NCBI GenBank assembly: GCA_030390025.1
Contig: CM059438.1
Coordinates: 58,406,001-58,470,000, forward strand
Reading direction: 5' to 3'
DNA length: 64,000 nucleotides
DNA from: Squalus acanthias
Lineage: Eukaryota
Part shown: positions 37,244 to 50,499 of the stretch, one piece after another
How positions within the stretch are numbered: the first letter of the stretch is position 1
Layout of the letters: every line of letters begins with the position of its first letter
The notes under the pieces: generated by a model
The model's database searches: none
What the model saw: the letters and a program-made list of their open reading frames with translations, nothing else
Told to the model about the DNA's origin: nothing
Program-made: the position numbers and the translations under genes

Positions 37244-40200
37244 TCTGGGAATGGAGGTGGGTACAGACAGACTCTGGGAAAGGAGCTGGGTACAGACAGA
37301 CTCTGGGAATGGAGGTGGGTACAGACAGACTCTGGGAAAGGAGCTGGGTACAGACTGACTCTGGGGAATCAATCTGGGTACAGACAGACTCTGGGAATGG
37401 AGCTGGGTACAGACAGACTCTGGGAATGGAGGTGGGTACAGACGGACTCTGGGAATAGTGCTGGGTACAGACAGACTCTGGGAAATGAAGCTGGGTCTAG
37501 ACAGTCTCCGGGAATGCAGATAGGTACAGACAGACTCTGGGAATGGAGCTGTTTACAGACAGACTCTGGCGAATGAAGTTGGGTACAGACTGACTGTGGG
37601 GATGCAGCTTGGTACAGACAGACTCTGTGAATGGAGCTGGGTACAGTCAGAATCTGGGGATTGGAGCTGAGTGCTGGCAGACTCTGTGAATGGAGCTGGC
37701 TACAGACAGACTCCGGGAATGGAACTGGGTACAGACAGACTCTGGGGAATCAAATCTGGGTGCACACAGACTGTGGGGAATGGCGCTGGTTACAGACATA
37801 CAGTGGGGAATGTTCCTGGGTACAGAAAGAGACTGGGGAATGGATCTGGCTACAGACAGACTCTGGGAATGGAGCTGTGTACAGACAGACTGGGGAATGG
37901 AGCTGGGTACAGACAGGCTCTGGGAATGGAGGTGGTTACAGACGGGCTCTGGGAATAGAGCTGGGTACAGACACACTCTGGGAATGGAGCTGGGTACTGA
38001 CAGACTGTGTGGAATGGGACTGTATCCAGTCAGACTCTGGGAATGAAGCTGAGTACAGACAGACTCTAGGAATGAAGCTGTGTACAGTCAGACTCTGGGA
38101 ATGGAGCTGGGTACAAATAGACACTGGGGAATGGAGCTGGGTACAGTCAGACACTGGGAATGGAGCTGGGTACAGACAGACCCTGTGAATGGAGCTGCGT
38201 ACAGACAGACTTTGGGAATGGAGCTGGGTACAGACAGACTCTGGCGAATGAAGTTGGGTACAGTCAGAATCTGGGGTTTGGAGCTGGGTACAGATAGACG
38301 GGAGAAGGGAACTGTGTGCAGACAGAATCTTGGAATAGTGCTGTGTCCCGACAGTCTCTGGGAATGGAGCTGGGTGCAGACAGACTCTGGGGAATGGAGC
38401 TGGGTACAGACAGATTCTGGGGAACAGAGCTTTGTTCAGAAAGACTCTGGGAATGGAGCTGGGTACAGACAGGCTCTGGGAATGGAGCTGTGTCCAGATA
38501 GACTCTGGGGAATGGTGTTGGGTGCAGACAGACCCTGTGAATGGAGCTGGGTAGAGACTGACTCTGGGAATGGAGCTGAATGCAGGCAGACTCTGTGAAT
38601 GGAGCTGGCTACGGACAGACTCTGGGGAAGGGAGCTGGGTACAGACGGACGCTGGGAATGGAGCTGGGTACAGACAGACTGGGGAATCAAATCTGGGTGC
38701 ACACAGACTCTGGGGAATGGAGCTGGGTACAGACATACACTGGGGAATGTTCCTGGGTACAGACAGACTCTGGGGAATGGAGCTGGGTAAAGATAGACTG
38801 GGAAATGCAGCTGTGTACAGACAGAATCTGGGAATGGAGCTGGGTACAGACAGACTCTGGGGATTCAGCTTGGTACAGACAGACTCTGTGACTGCAGTTG
38901 GTACAGTCAGACTCTGGGGATTGGAGCTGGTTACAGATCGCCGGGGGAAGAGAGCTGTGTACAGACAGAATCTTGGAATGGTGCTGCTCACAGACAGACT
39001 CTGGGAAAGGACCTGGGTACAGAGAGACACTGGGGAATGGAGCTGGGTACAGACAGTCTCTGGGGAATGGAGCTGTGTACAGACAGACTCTGGGAAGGGA
39101 GCTGAGTGCAGACAGACTTTGTGATTGGAGCTGTTTACAGACAGACTCTGGGAATGGAGCTGGGTACAGATAGACTCTGGGGAATCGAGCTGGGTAGAGA
39201 CAGACTGTGGAATGGAGCTGGGTACAGACAGACAGGGCAATGGAGCTGGATACAGACAGACTGGTGAATGGAGCTGGGTACAGACAGACAGGTGAATGGA
39301 TCTGCGTACAGGCAGACTCTGGGGAATGGAGCTGGGTACTGACAGACTGTGTGGAATGGAACTGTGTCCAGTCAGACTCTGGGAATGGAGCTGGGTACAG
39401 ACAGACTCTAGGAATGGAGTTGGGTACAGACAGACTCTGGGAATGGAGCTGGGTACAAACAGACTCTGAGGAATTTGCGCTGGGTACAGACAGTCTCTGG
39501 GAATGTAGCTGAGTACAGACGGACTCTGGGAATAGAGCTGGGTCAGACAGACTCTGGGAAATTAAGCTGTGTGTAGACAGACTCTGGGAATGGAGCTGGG
39601 TACAGACAGACTCTTGGAATGGAGCTGGGTACAGACAGACTCTGGCGAATGACGTTGGGTACAGACAGACTCTAGGGATGCAGCTTGGTACAGACAGACT
39701 CTGTGAATGGATCTGGGTACAGTCAGAATCTGGGGATTGGAGCTGGTGACAGACAGACTCTGGGGAATGGAGCTGGGTACAGACAGGCTGGGGAATCAAA
39801 TCTGGGTGCACACAGACTTTGGGGAATGTTCCTGGGTACAGACAATGACTGGGGAATGGATCTGGCAACAGACAGAATCTGGGGAATGGAGCTGTGTACA
39901 GACAGAATCTGGGAATGGAGCTGTGTACAGACTGACTCTGGGAATGGAGCTGTGTACAGACAGACTCTGGGAATGGAGCTGTGTACAGACAGACTCTGTG
40001 ACTGGAGTTGGTAGAGTCAGACTCTGGGGATTGGAGCTGGTTACAGACAGACTCTGGGGAATGGAGCGTGGTACAGATAGACGGGGGAAGGGATCTGTGT
40101 ACAGATATAATCTTGCAATGGTGCTGCTTACAGAAACACTCTGGGAATGGAGCTGTGTACAGACAGACTCTGGGAATGGAGCTGAGTGCAGGCAGACTCT

Positions 40201-43200
40201 GTGATTGGAGCTGGCTACAGACAGTCTCTGGGAATGGAGCTGGGTACAGAGAGACACTGGGGAAGGGAGCTGGGTACAGACAGATGCTGGGGAAGGAAGC
40301 TGGGTACAGACAGACTCTGGGATGGAGCTGGGTAAAGACAAACTCTGGGAATGGAGCTGGGTACAGATAGACTCGGGGAATGGAGTGGGGTAGAGACAGA
40401 CTGGTTAATGAAGCTGGGTACAGACAGACTCTGGGGAATGGAGTTGGGTACAGGCAGACTGTGGGAATGGAGCTGGGTAGAGACAGACTGTGGAATGGAG
40501 TTTGTTTCAGGCAGACTCTGGAGAATGGAGCTGGGTACAGACAGACTCTGGGAATGGAGCTGGGTACGGTCAGACTCTGGGGAATAGAGCTGGGTCGAGA
40601 CAGACTCTGGGGAATGGAGCTCGGTACAGAAAGTCTCTGGGGAATGGAGCTGAGTACAGGCAGACTCTGGAGAATGGAGCTGGGTACAGACAGACTCTGG
40701 GGAATGGAGCTCGGTACAGAAAGTCTCTGGGGAATGGAGCTGAGTACAGGCAGACTCTGGAGAAGGGAGCTGGGTACAGGCAGACTCTGGAGAATGGAGC
40801 TGGGTACAGACAGACTCTGGGAATGGAGCTGGGTACAGAAAGACTCTGGGGAATGGAGCTGTGTACAGACAGACTCTGGGGAATGGAGCTGGTTATAGAC
40901 AGACTCAGGGGAATGGAGCTGGGTAGTGACAGACTTTGGGGAATGGAGCTGGGTACAGACAGACTGAGGAATGGCGTTGGGTACAGGCAGACTCTGGGGA
41001 AGGGAGCTGGGTACAGACAGACTTTTGGGATGGAGCTGGCTACTGAGAGACACTGGGGAATGGAGCTGTGTACAGACTGACTCTGGGGAAGGGAGCTGAG
41101 TACATACAAACTCTGGGATTTGAGATGGGTACAGACAGTCTGCGGAATGGAGCTGAGCACAGAAAGACTTTATGAATGCAGCTGGGCACAGACAGACTGG
41201 GGAATGGAGCTGGTTACAGATAGACTCTGGGAATGGAGCTGTGAACAGACAGAATCTGGGAATGGAGCTGGGTACAGACAGCCTCTGGGAATGGAGCAGG
41301 TTACAAACTGACTCTGAGGAATGGAGCTGGGTACAGACAGACTCTGGGAATGGAGTTGGGTACAGAAAGAATCTGGGAATGGAGCTGGGTAAGACAGTCT
41401 CTGGGAATCGAGCTGTGTACAGACAGACTCTGCGAATGGAGGTGGTTACAGAAGGACTCGGGAATAGAGCTGGGTACAGACAAACTCGGGGAAATGGAAT
41501 TGGGTACAGACAGACTGTGGAATCAAATCTGGGTGGACACAGACTCTGGGGAATGGAGCTGAGTACAGACAGAGACTGAGAATGGAGCTGGGTACAGACA
41601 GACTGGGGAATGGAGCTGGGTACATACACACAGGTGAATGGATCTGCATACAGGCAGACTCTGGGGACTGGAGCTGGGCACAGACAGACTGTGGAATGGA
41701 GTTGGTTTCAGGCAGACTCTGGAGAATGGAGCTGGGTACAGACAGAATCTGGGAATGGAGCTGGGTACAGACAGACTCTGGGAATGGAGCTGGGTACAGA
41801 CAGACTCTGGGAATGGAGCTGGGTACAGACAGACCTTGGGGAATGGAGCTGTGTACAGACAGACTCTGGGGAATGGAGCTGGTTATAGACAGACTCCGGG
41901 GGATGGAGCTGTGTACAGATAGACTGGGAAATGGAGTTGGTTTCAGGCAGACTCTGGAGAATGGAGCTGGGTACAGACAGACTCTGGGGAATGGAGCTGG
42001 GTAGAGACAGACTGTGGAATGGAGCTGGTTTCAGGCAGACTCTGGGAATGGAGCTGGGTACGGACAGACTCTGGGAATGGAGCTGGGTACAGACAGACTC
42101 TGGGGAATGGAGCTGGGTAGAGACAGACTGTGGAATGGAGCTGGTTTCAGGCAGACTCTGGGAATGGAGCTCGGTACAGACAGACTCTGGAGAAGGGAGC
42201 TGGGTACAGGCAGACTGTGGAAATGGAGTTGGGTAGAGACAGACTGTGGAATGGAATTGGTTTCAGGCAGACTCTGGAGAATGGAGCTGGTTACAGACAG
42301 ACTCAGGGGAATGGAGCTGAGTACATACAGACTCTGGGATTTGAGATGGGTACAGACAGACTGCGGAATGGAGCTGAGCACAGACAGACTTTATGAATGC
42401 AGCTGGGCACAGACAGACTGGGGAATGGAGCTGTGTACAGAAAGACTCTGGGGAATGGAGCTCGGTACAGATAGACTGGGAAATGGAGCTGTGTACAGAC
42501 AGAATCTGGGAATGGAGCTGGGTACAGACAGACTCTGGGGAATGGAGCTGGGTAGAGACAGACTGTGGAATGGAGCTGGTTTCAGGCAGACTCTGGGAAT
42601 GGAGCTGGGTACAGACAGACTCTGGGAATGGAGTTCGGTACAGAAAGACTCTGGGGAATGGAGCTGGGTACGGACAGACTCTGGGAATGGAGCTGGGTAC
42701 AGACAGACTCTGGGGAATGGAGCTGGGTACAGACAGACTCTGGGAATGGAGCTCGGTACAGAAAGACTCTGGGGAATGGAGCTGTGTACAGACAGACTCT
42801 GGGGAATGGAGCTGGTTATAGACAGACTCCGGGGGATGGAGCTGTGTACAGATAGACTGGGAAATGGAGCTGTGTACAGACAGAATCTGGGAATGGAGCT
42901 GGTTACAGACAGACTCTGGGAATGGAGCAGGTTACAAACTGACTCTGAGGAATGGAGCTGGGTACAGACAGACTCTGGGAATGGAGCTGGTTACAGAAAG
43001 AATCTGGGAATGGAGCTGGGTAAGACAGTCTCTGGGAATCGAGCTGTGTACAGACAGACTCTGCGAATGGAGGTGGTTACAGAAGGACTCTGGGAATAGA
43101 GCTGGGTACAGACAAACTCGGGTAAATGGAATTGGGTACAGACAGACTGTGGAATCAAATCTGGGTGGACACAGACTCTGGGGAATGGAGCTGGGTACAG

Positions 43201-46200
43201 ACAGAGACTGGGAATGGAGCTGGGTACATACAGACTGGGGAATGGAGCTGGGTCCAGACACATAGGTGAATGGATCTGCTTACAGGCAGACTCTGGGGAA
43301 AGGAGCTGGGTACAGACAGACTCTGGGAATAGAGCTGTGTACAGACAGACTCTGGGAATGGAGCTGGGTACAGATAGACTCGGGGAATGGAGTGGGGTAG
43401 AGACAGACTGGGTAATGAAGCTGGGTACAGACAGACTCTGGGGAATGGAGTTGGGTACAGGCAGACTGTGGGAATGGAGCTGGGTAGAGACAGACTGTGG
43501 AATGGAGCTGGGTACAGACAGACTCTGGGAATGGAGCTGGGTACAGATAGACTCTGAGAATGGAGCTGGGTACAGATAGACTCTGAGAATGGAGCTGGGT
43601 AGAGACAGACTGTGGAATGGAGCTGGTTTCAGGCAGACTCTGGGAATGGAGCTGGGTACAGACAGACTCTGGGAATGGAGCTGGGTACAGATAGACTCTG
43701 AGAATGGAGCTGGGTAGAGACAGACTGTGGAATGGAGCTGGTTTCAGGCAGACTCTGGGAATGGAGCTGGGTACGGACAGACTCTGGGAATGGAGCTGGG
43801 TACAGACAGACTCTGGGGAATGGAGCTCGGTACTGGCAGACTCTGGAGAAGGGAGCTGGGTACAGGCAGGCTGTGGGAATGGAGCTGGGTACAGACAGAC
43901 TCAGGGGAATGGAGCTGGGTACTGACAGACTTTGGGGAATGGAGCTGGGTACAGACAGACTGAGGAATGGCGTTGGGTACAGGCAGACTCTGGGGAAGGG
44001 AGCTGAGTACATACAAACTCTGGGATTTGAGATGGGTACAGACAGACTGCGGAATGGAGCTGAGCACAGACAGACTTTATGAATGCAGCTGGGCACAGAC
44101 AGACTGGGGAATGGAGCTGGTTACAGATAGACTCTGGGAATGGAGCTGTGTACCGAAAGACTCTTGGGAATGGAGCTGGGTACAGATAGACTGGGAAATG
44201 GAGCTGTGTACAGACAGAATCTGGGAATGGAGTTGGGTACAGACAGCCTCTGGGAATGGAGCAGGTTACAAACTGACTCTGAGGAATGGAGCTGGGTACA
44301 GACAGACTCTGGGAATGGAGCTGGGTACAGAAAGAATCTGGGAATGGAGCTGGGTAAGACAGTCTCTGGGAATCGAGCTGTGTACAGACAGACTCTGCGA
44401 ATGGAGGTGGTTACAGAAGGACTCTGGGAATAGAGCTGGGTATAGACAAACTCGGGGAAATGGAATTGGGTACAGACAGACTGTGGAATCAAATCTGGGT
44501 AGACACAGACTCTGGGGAATGGAGCTGGGTACAGACAGAGACTGGGAATGGAGCTGGGTACAGACAGACTGGGGAATGGAGCTGGGTACAGACACACAGG
44601 TGAATGGATCTGCATACAGGCAGACTCTGGGGACTGGAGCTGGGTACAGACAGACTCTGGGAATAGAGCTGTGTACAGACAGACTCTGGGAATGGAGCTG
44701 GGTACAGACAGACTCTGGGAATGGAGCTGGGTACAGATAGACTTGGGGAATGGAGTGGGGTAGAGACAGACTGGGTAATGAAGATGGGTACCGACAAACT
44801 CTGGGGAATGGAGTTGGGTACAGGCAGACTGTGGGAATGGAGTTGGTTTCAGGCAGACTCTGGAGAATGGAGCTGGGTACAGACAGACTCTGGGAATGGA
44901 GCTGGGTACAGACAGACTCTGGGGAATGGAGCTCGGTACGGAAAGACTCTGGGGAATGGAGCTGGGTACGGACAGACTCTGGGAATGGAGCTGGATACAG
45001 ACAGTCTCTGGGGAATGGAGCTGGGTACAGACAGACTCTGGGAATGGAGCTGGGTACAGACAGACTCTGGGGAATGGAGCTGGGTAGAGACAGACTGTGG
45101 AATGGAGCTGGTTTCAGGCAGACTCTGGGAATGGAGCTGGGTACGGACAGACTCTGGGAATGGAGCTGGGTACAGACAGACTCTGGGAAATGGAGCTCGG
45201 TACAGGCAGACTGTGGGAATGGAGCTGGGTAGAGACAGACTGTGGAATGGAATTGGTTTCAGGCAGACTCTGGAGAATGGAGCTGGGTATAGACAGACAC
45301 TGGGAATGGAGCTGGGTACAGACGGACTCTGGGAATGGAGCTCGGTACAGAAAGACTGTGGGGAATGGAGCTGTGTACAGACAGACTCTGGGGAATGGAG
45401 CTCGTTATAGACAGACTCAGGGGAATGGAGCTGGGTACTGAAAGACTTTGGGGAATGGAGCTGTGTACAGACAGACTGAGGAATGGCGTTGGGTACAGGC
45501 AGACTCTGGGGAAGGGAGCTGGGTACAGACAGACTTTTGGGATGGAGCTGGCTACTGAGAGACACTGGGGAATGGAGCTGTGTACAGACTGACTCTGGGG
45601 AAGGGAGCTGAGTACATACAAACTCTGGGATTTGAGATGGGTACAGACAGACTGCGGAATGGAGCTGAGCACAGACAGACTTTATGAATGCAGCTGGGCA
45701 CAGACAGACTGGGGAATGGAGCTGGTTACAGATAGACTCTGGGAATGGAGCTGTGTACAGAAAGACTCTTGGGAATGGAGCTGGGTACAGATAGACTGGG
45801 AAATGGAGCTGTGTACAGACAGAATCTGGGAATGGAGCTCGGTACTGGCAGACTCTGGAGAATGGAGCTGGGTACAGACAGACTATGGGAATGGAGCTGG
45901 GTACAGACAGACTATGGGAATGGAGCTCGGTACAGAAAGACTCTGGGGAATGGAGCTGGGTACAGACAGACTCTGGGGAATGGAGCTGGTTATAGACAAA
46001 CTCTGGGAATGGAGTTGGGTACAGAAAGAATCTGGGAATGGAGCTGGGTAAGACAGTCTCTGGGAATCGAGCTGTGTACAGACAGACTCTGCGAATGGAG
46101 GTGGTTACAGAAGGACTCTGGGAATAGAGCTGGGTACAGACAAACTCGGGGAAATGGAATTGGGTACAGACAGACTGTGGAATCAAATCTGGGTAGACAC

Positions 46201-49200
46201 AGACTCTGGGGAATGGAGCTGGGTACAGACAGAGACTGGGAATGGAGCTGGGTACAGACAGACTGGGGAATGGAGCTGGGTCCAGACACACAGGTAAATG
46301 GATCTGCATACAGGAAGACTCTGGGGACTGGAGCTGCGTACAGACAGACTCTGGGAATAGAGCTGTGTACAGACAGACTCTGGGAATGGAGCTGGGTACA
46401 GACAGACTCTGGGAATGGAGCTGGGTACAGATAGACTCGGGGAATGGAGTGGGGTAGAGACAGACTGGGTAATGGAGCTGGGTACAGGCAGACTCTGGAG
46501 AATGGAGCTGGGTACAGGCAGACTCTGGGGAATGGAGCTGGTTAGAGACAGACTCAGGGGAATGGAGCTGGGTACTGACAGACTTTGGGGAATGGAGCTG
46601 GGTACAGACAGACTGAGGAATGGTGTTGGGTACAGGCAGACTCTGGGGAAGGGAGCTGGGTACAGACAGACTTTTGGGATGGAGCTGGCTACTGAGAGAC
46701 ACTGGGGAATGGAGCTGTGTACAGACTGACTCTGGGGAAGGGAGCTGAGTACATACAAACTCTGGGATTTGAGATGGGTACAGACAGACTGCGGAATGGA
46801 GCTGAGCACAGACAGACTTTATGAATGCAGCTGGGCACAGACAGACTGGGGAATGGAGCTGGTTACAGATAGACTCTGGGAATGGAGCTGTGTACAGAAA
46901 GACTCTGGGGAATGGAGCTGGGTACAGACAGCCTCTGGGAATGGAGCAGGTTACAAACTGACTCTGAGGAATGGAGCTGGGTACAGACAGACTCTGGGGA
47001 ATGGAGCTGGGTGCAGACAGACTCTGGGAATGGAGCTGGGTACAGAAAGAATCTGGGAATGGAGCTGGGTAAGACAGTCTCTGGGAATCGAGCTGTGTAC
47101 AGACAGACTCTGCGAATGGAGGTGGTTACAGAAGGACTCTGGGAATAGAGCTGGGTACAGACAAACTCGGTGAAATGGAATTGGGTACAGACAGACTGTG
47201 GAATCAAATCTGGGTAGACACAGACTCTGGTTAATGGAGCTGGGTACAGACATAGACTGGGAATGGAGCTGGGTACAGACACACTGGGGAATGGAGCTGG
47301 GTACAGACACACAGGTGAATGGATCTGCATACAGGCAGACTCTGGGGAATGGAGCTGGGTACAGACAGACTCTGGGAATAGAGCTGTGTACAGATACACT
47401 CTGGGAATGGAGCTGGTTACAGACAGACTCTGGGAATGGAGCTGGGTACAGATAGACTCGGGGAATGGAGTGGGGTAGAGACAGACTGGGTAATGAAGCT
47501 GGGTACAGACAGACTCTGGGGAATGGAGCTGGGTACGGACAGACACTGGGAATGGAGCTGGGTACAGACGGACTCTGGGAATGGAGCTCGGTACAGAAAG
47601 ACTCTGGGGAATGGAGCTGTGTACAGACAGACTCTGGGGAATGGAGCTGGTTATAGACAGACTCAGGGGAATGGAGCTGGGTACAGACAGACTCTGGGAA
47701 AGGAGCTGGGTCCAGATAGACTCTGTGGAATGGAGCTGAGTACAGACAGACTCTGGGAATGGAGCTGGGTACAGACAGACTCAAGGAAGGGGAGCTGGGT
47801 ACAGACAGACTCTGGGGAATGGAGCTGGGTATTGTCAGAATCTGGGGAATGGAGCTGGGTACAGACAGAATCTGGGGAATGGAGCTGGGTACAGACAGAC
47901 TGGGGAATGGAGCTGGGAAGAGACAGACATTGGAATGGAGCTGGGTACAGACAGACTCTGGGAATGGAGCTGGGTACAGACAGATTCTGGGGAATAGAGC
48001 TGGGTATCGTCAGAATCTGGGAATGGAGCTGGGTACAGACAGCCTCTGGGAATGGAGCAGGTTACAAACTGACTCTGAGGAATGGAGCTGGGTACAGACA
48101 GACTCTGGGAATGGAGCTGGGTACAGAAAGAATCTGGGAATGGAGCTGGGTAAGACAGTCTCTGGGAATCGAGCTGTGTACAGACAGACTCTGCAAATGG
48201 AGGTGGTTACAGAAGGACTCTGGGAATAGAGCTGGGTATAGACAAACTCGGGGAAATGGAATTGGGTACAGACAGACTGTGGAATCAAATCTGGGTAGAC
48301 ACAGACTCTGGGGAATGGAGCTGGGTACAGACAGAGACTGGGAATGGAGCTGGGTACAGACAGACTGGGGAATGGAGCTGGGTACAGACAGACTCTGGGA
48401 ATGGAGCTGGGTACAGACAGACTCTGGGAATGGAGCTGGGTACAGATTGACTTGGGGAATGGAGTGGGGTAGAGACAGACTGGGTAATGAAGCTGGGTAC
48501 AGACAAACTCTGGGGAATGGAGTTGGGTACAGGCAGACTGTGGGAATGGAGTTGGTTTCAGGCAGACTCTGGAGAATGGAGCTGGGTACAGACAGACTCT
48601 GGGAATGGAGCTGGGTAGAGACAGACTGTGGAATGGAACTGGTTTCAGGCAGACTCTAGGAATGGAGCTGGGTACAGACAGACTCTGGGGAATGGAGCTC
48701 GGTACTGGCAGACTCTGGAGAATGGAGCTGGGTACAGGCAGACTCTGGGAATGGAGCTCGGTACAGAAAGACTGTGGGGAATGGAGCTGTGTACAGACAG
48801 ACTCTGGGGAATGGAGCTGGTTATAGACAGACTCAGGGGAATGGAGCTGGGTACTGACAGACTTTGGGGAATGGAGCTGGGTACAGACAGACTGAGGAAT
48901 GGCGTTGGGTACCGGCAGACTCTGGGGAAGGGAGCTGGGTGCAGACTGACTTTTGGGATGGAGCTGGCTACTGAGAGACACTGGGGAATGGAGCTGTGTA
49001 CAGACAGACTCTGGGGAAGGGAGCTGAGTACATACAAACTCTGGGATTTGAGATGGGTACAGACAGACTGCAGAATGGAGCTGAGCACAGACATACTTTA
49101 TGAATGCAGCTGGGCACAGACAGACTGGGGAATGGAGCTGGTTACAGATAGACTCTGGGAATGGAGCTGTGTACAGAAAGACTCTGGGGAATGGAGCTGG

Positions 49201-50499
49201 GTACAGACAGCCTCTGGGAATGGAGCAGGTTACAAACTGACTCTGAGGAATGGAGCTGGGTACAGACAGACTCTGGGGAATGGAGCTGGGTGCAGACAGA
49301 CTCTGGGAATGGAGCTGGGTACAGAAAGAATCTGGGAATGGAGCTGGGTAAGACAGTCTCTGGGAATCGAGCTGTGTACAGACAGACCCTGCGAATGGAG
49401 ATGGTTACAGAAGGACTCTGGGAATAGAGCTGGGTACAGACAAACTCGGTGAAATGGAATTGGGTACAGACAGACTGTGGAATCAAATCTGGGTAGACAC
49501 AGACTCTGGTTAATGGAGCTGGGTACAGACATAGACTGGGAATTGAGCTGGGTACAGACACACTGGGGAATGGAGCTGGGTACAGACACACAGGTGAATG
49601 GATCTGCATACAGGCAGACTCTGGGGAATGGAGCTGGGTACAGACAGACTCTGGGAATAGAGCTGTGTACAGACACACTCTGGGAATGGAGCTGGTTACA
49701 GACAGACTCTGGGAATGGAGCTGGGTACAGATAGACTCGGGGAATGGAGTGGGGTAGAGACAGACTGGGTAATGAAGCTGGGTACAGACAGACTCTGGGG
49801 AATGGAGTTGGGTACAGGCAGACTGTGGGAATGGAGCTGGGTAGAGACAGACTGTGGAATGGAGTTCCTTTCAGGCAGACTCTGGAGAATGGAGCTGGGT
49901 ACAGACAGACTCTGGGGAATGGAGCTGGGTACAGACAGACTCTGGGGAATGGAGCTGGGTAGAGACAGACTGTGGAATGGAGCTGGTTTCAGGCAGACTC
50001 TGGGAATGGAGCTGGGTACGGACAGACTCTGGGAATGGAGCTGGGTACAGACAGACTCTGGGGAATGGAGTTCGGTACTGGCAGACTCTGGAGAAGGGAG
50101 CTGGGTACAGGCAGACTGTGGGAATGGAGCTGGGTACAGACAGACTGTGGAATGGAATTGGTTTCAGGCAGACTCTGGAGAATGGAGCTGGGTATAGACA
50201 GACACTGGGAATGGAGCTGGGTACAGACGGACTCTGGGAATGGAGCTCGGTACAGAAAGACTGTGGGGAATGGAGCTGTGTACAGACAGACTCTGGGAAT
50301 GGAGCTCGGTACAGAAAGACTGTGGGGAATGGAGCTGTGTACAGACAGACTCTGGGGAATGGAGCTGGTTATAGACAGACTCAGGGGAATGGAGCTGGGT
50401 ACTGAAAGACTTTGGGGAATGGAGCTGGGTACAGACAGACTGAGGAATGGCGTTGGGTGCAGGCAGACTCTGGGGAATGGCGTTGGGTACAGACAGACT

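Noticed and set aside
38687..41629. 980-aa minus-strand ORF and hundreds of other satellite ORFs (e.g. 617 aa at 44849-46702) as repeat-protein genes
   Set aside because: They are translations of a monomer with no stop in any frame. They overlap on all six frames and switch peptide motif whenever a 28/29-bp monomer shifts frame.
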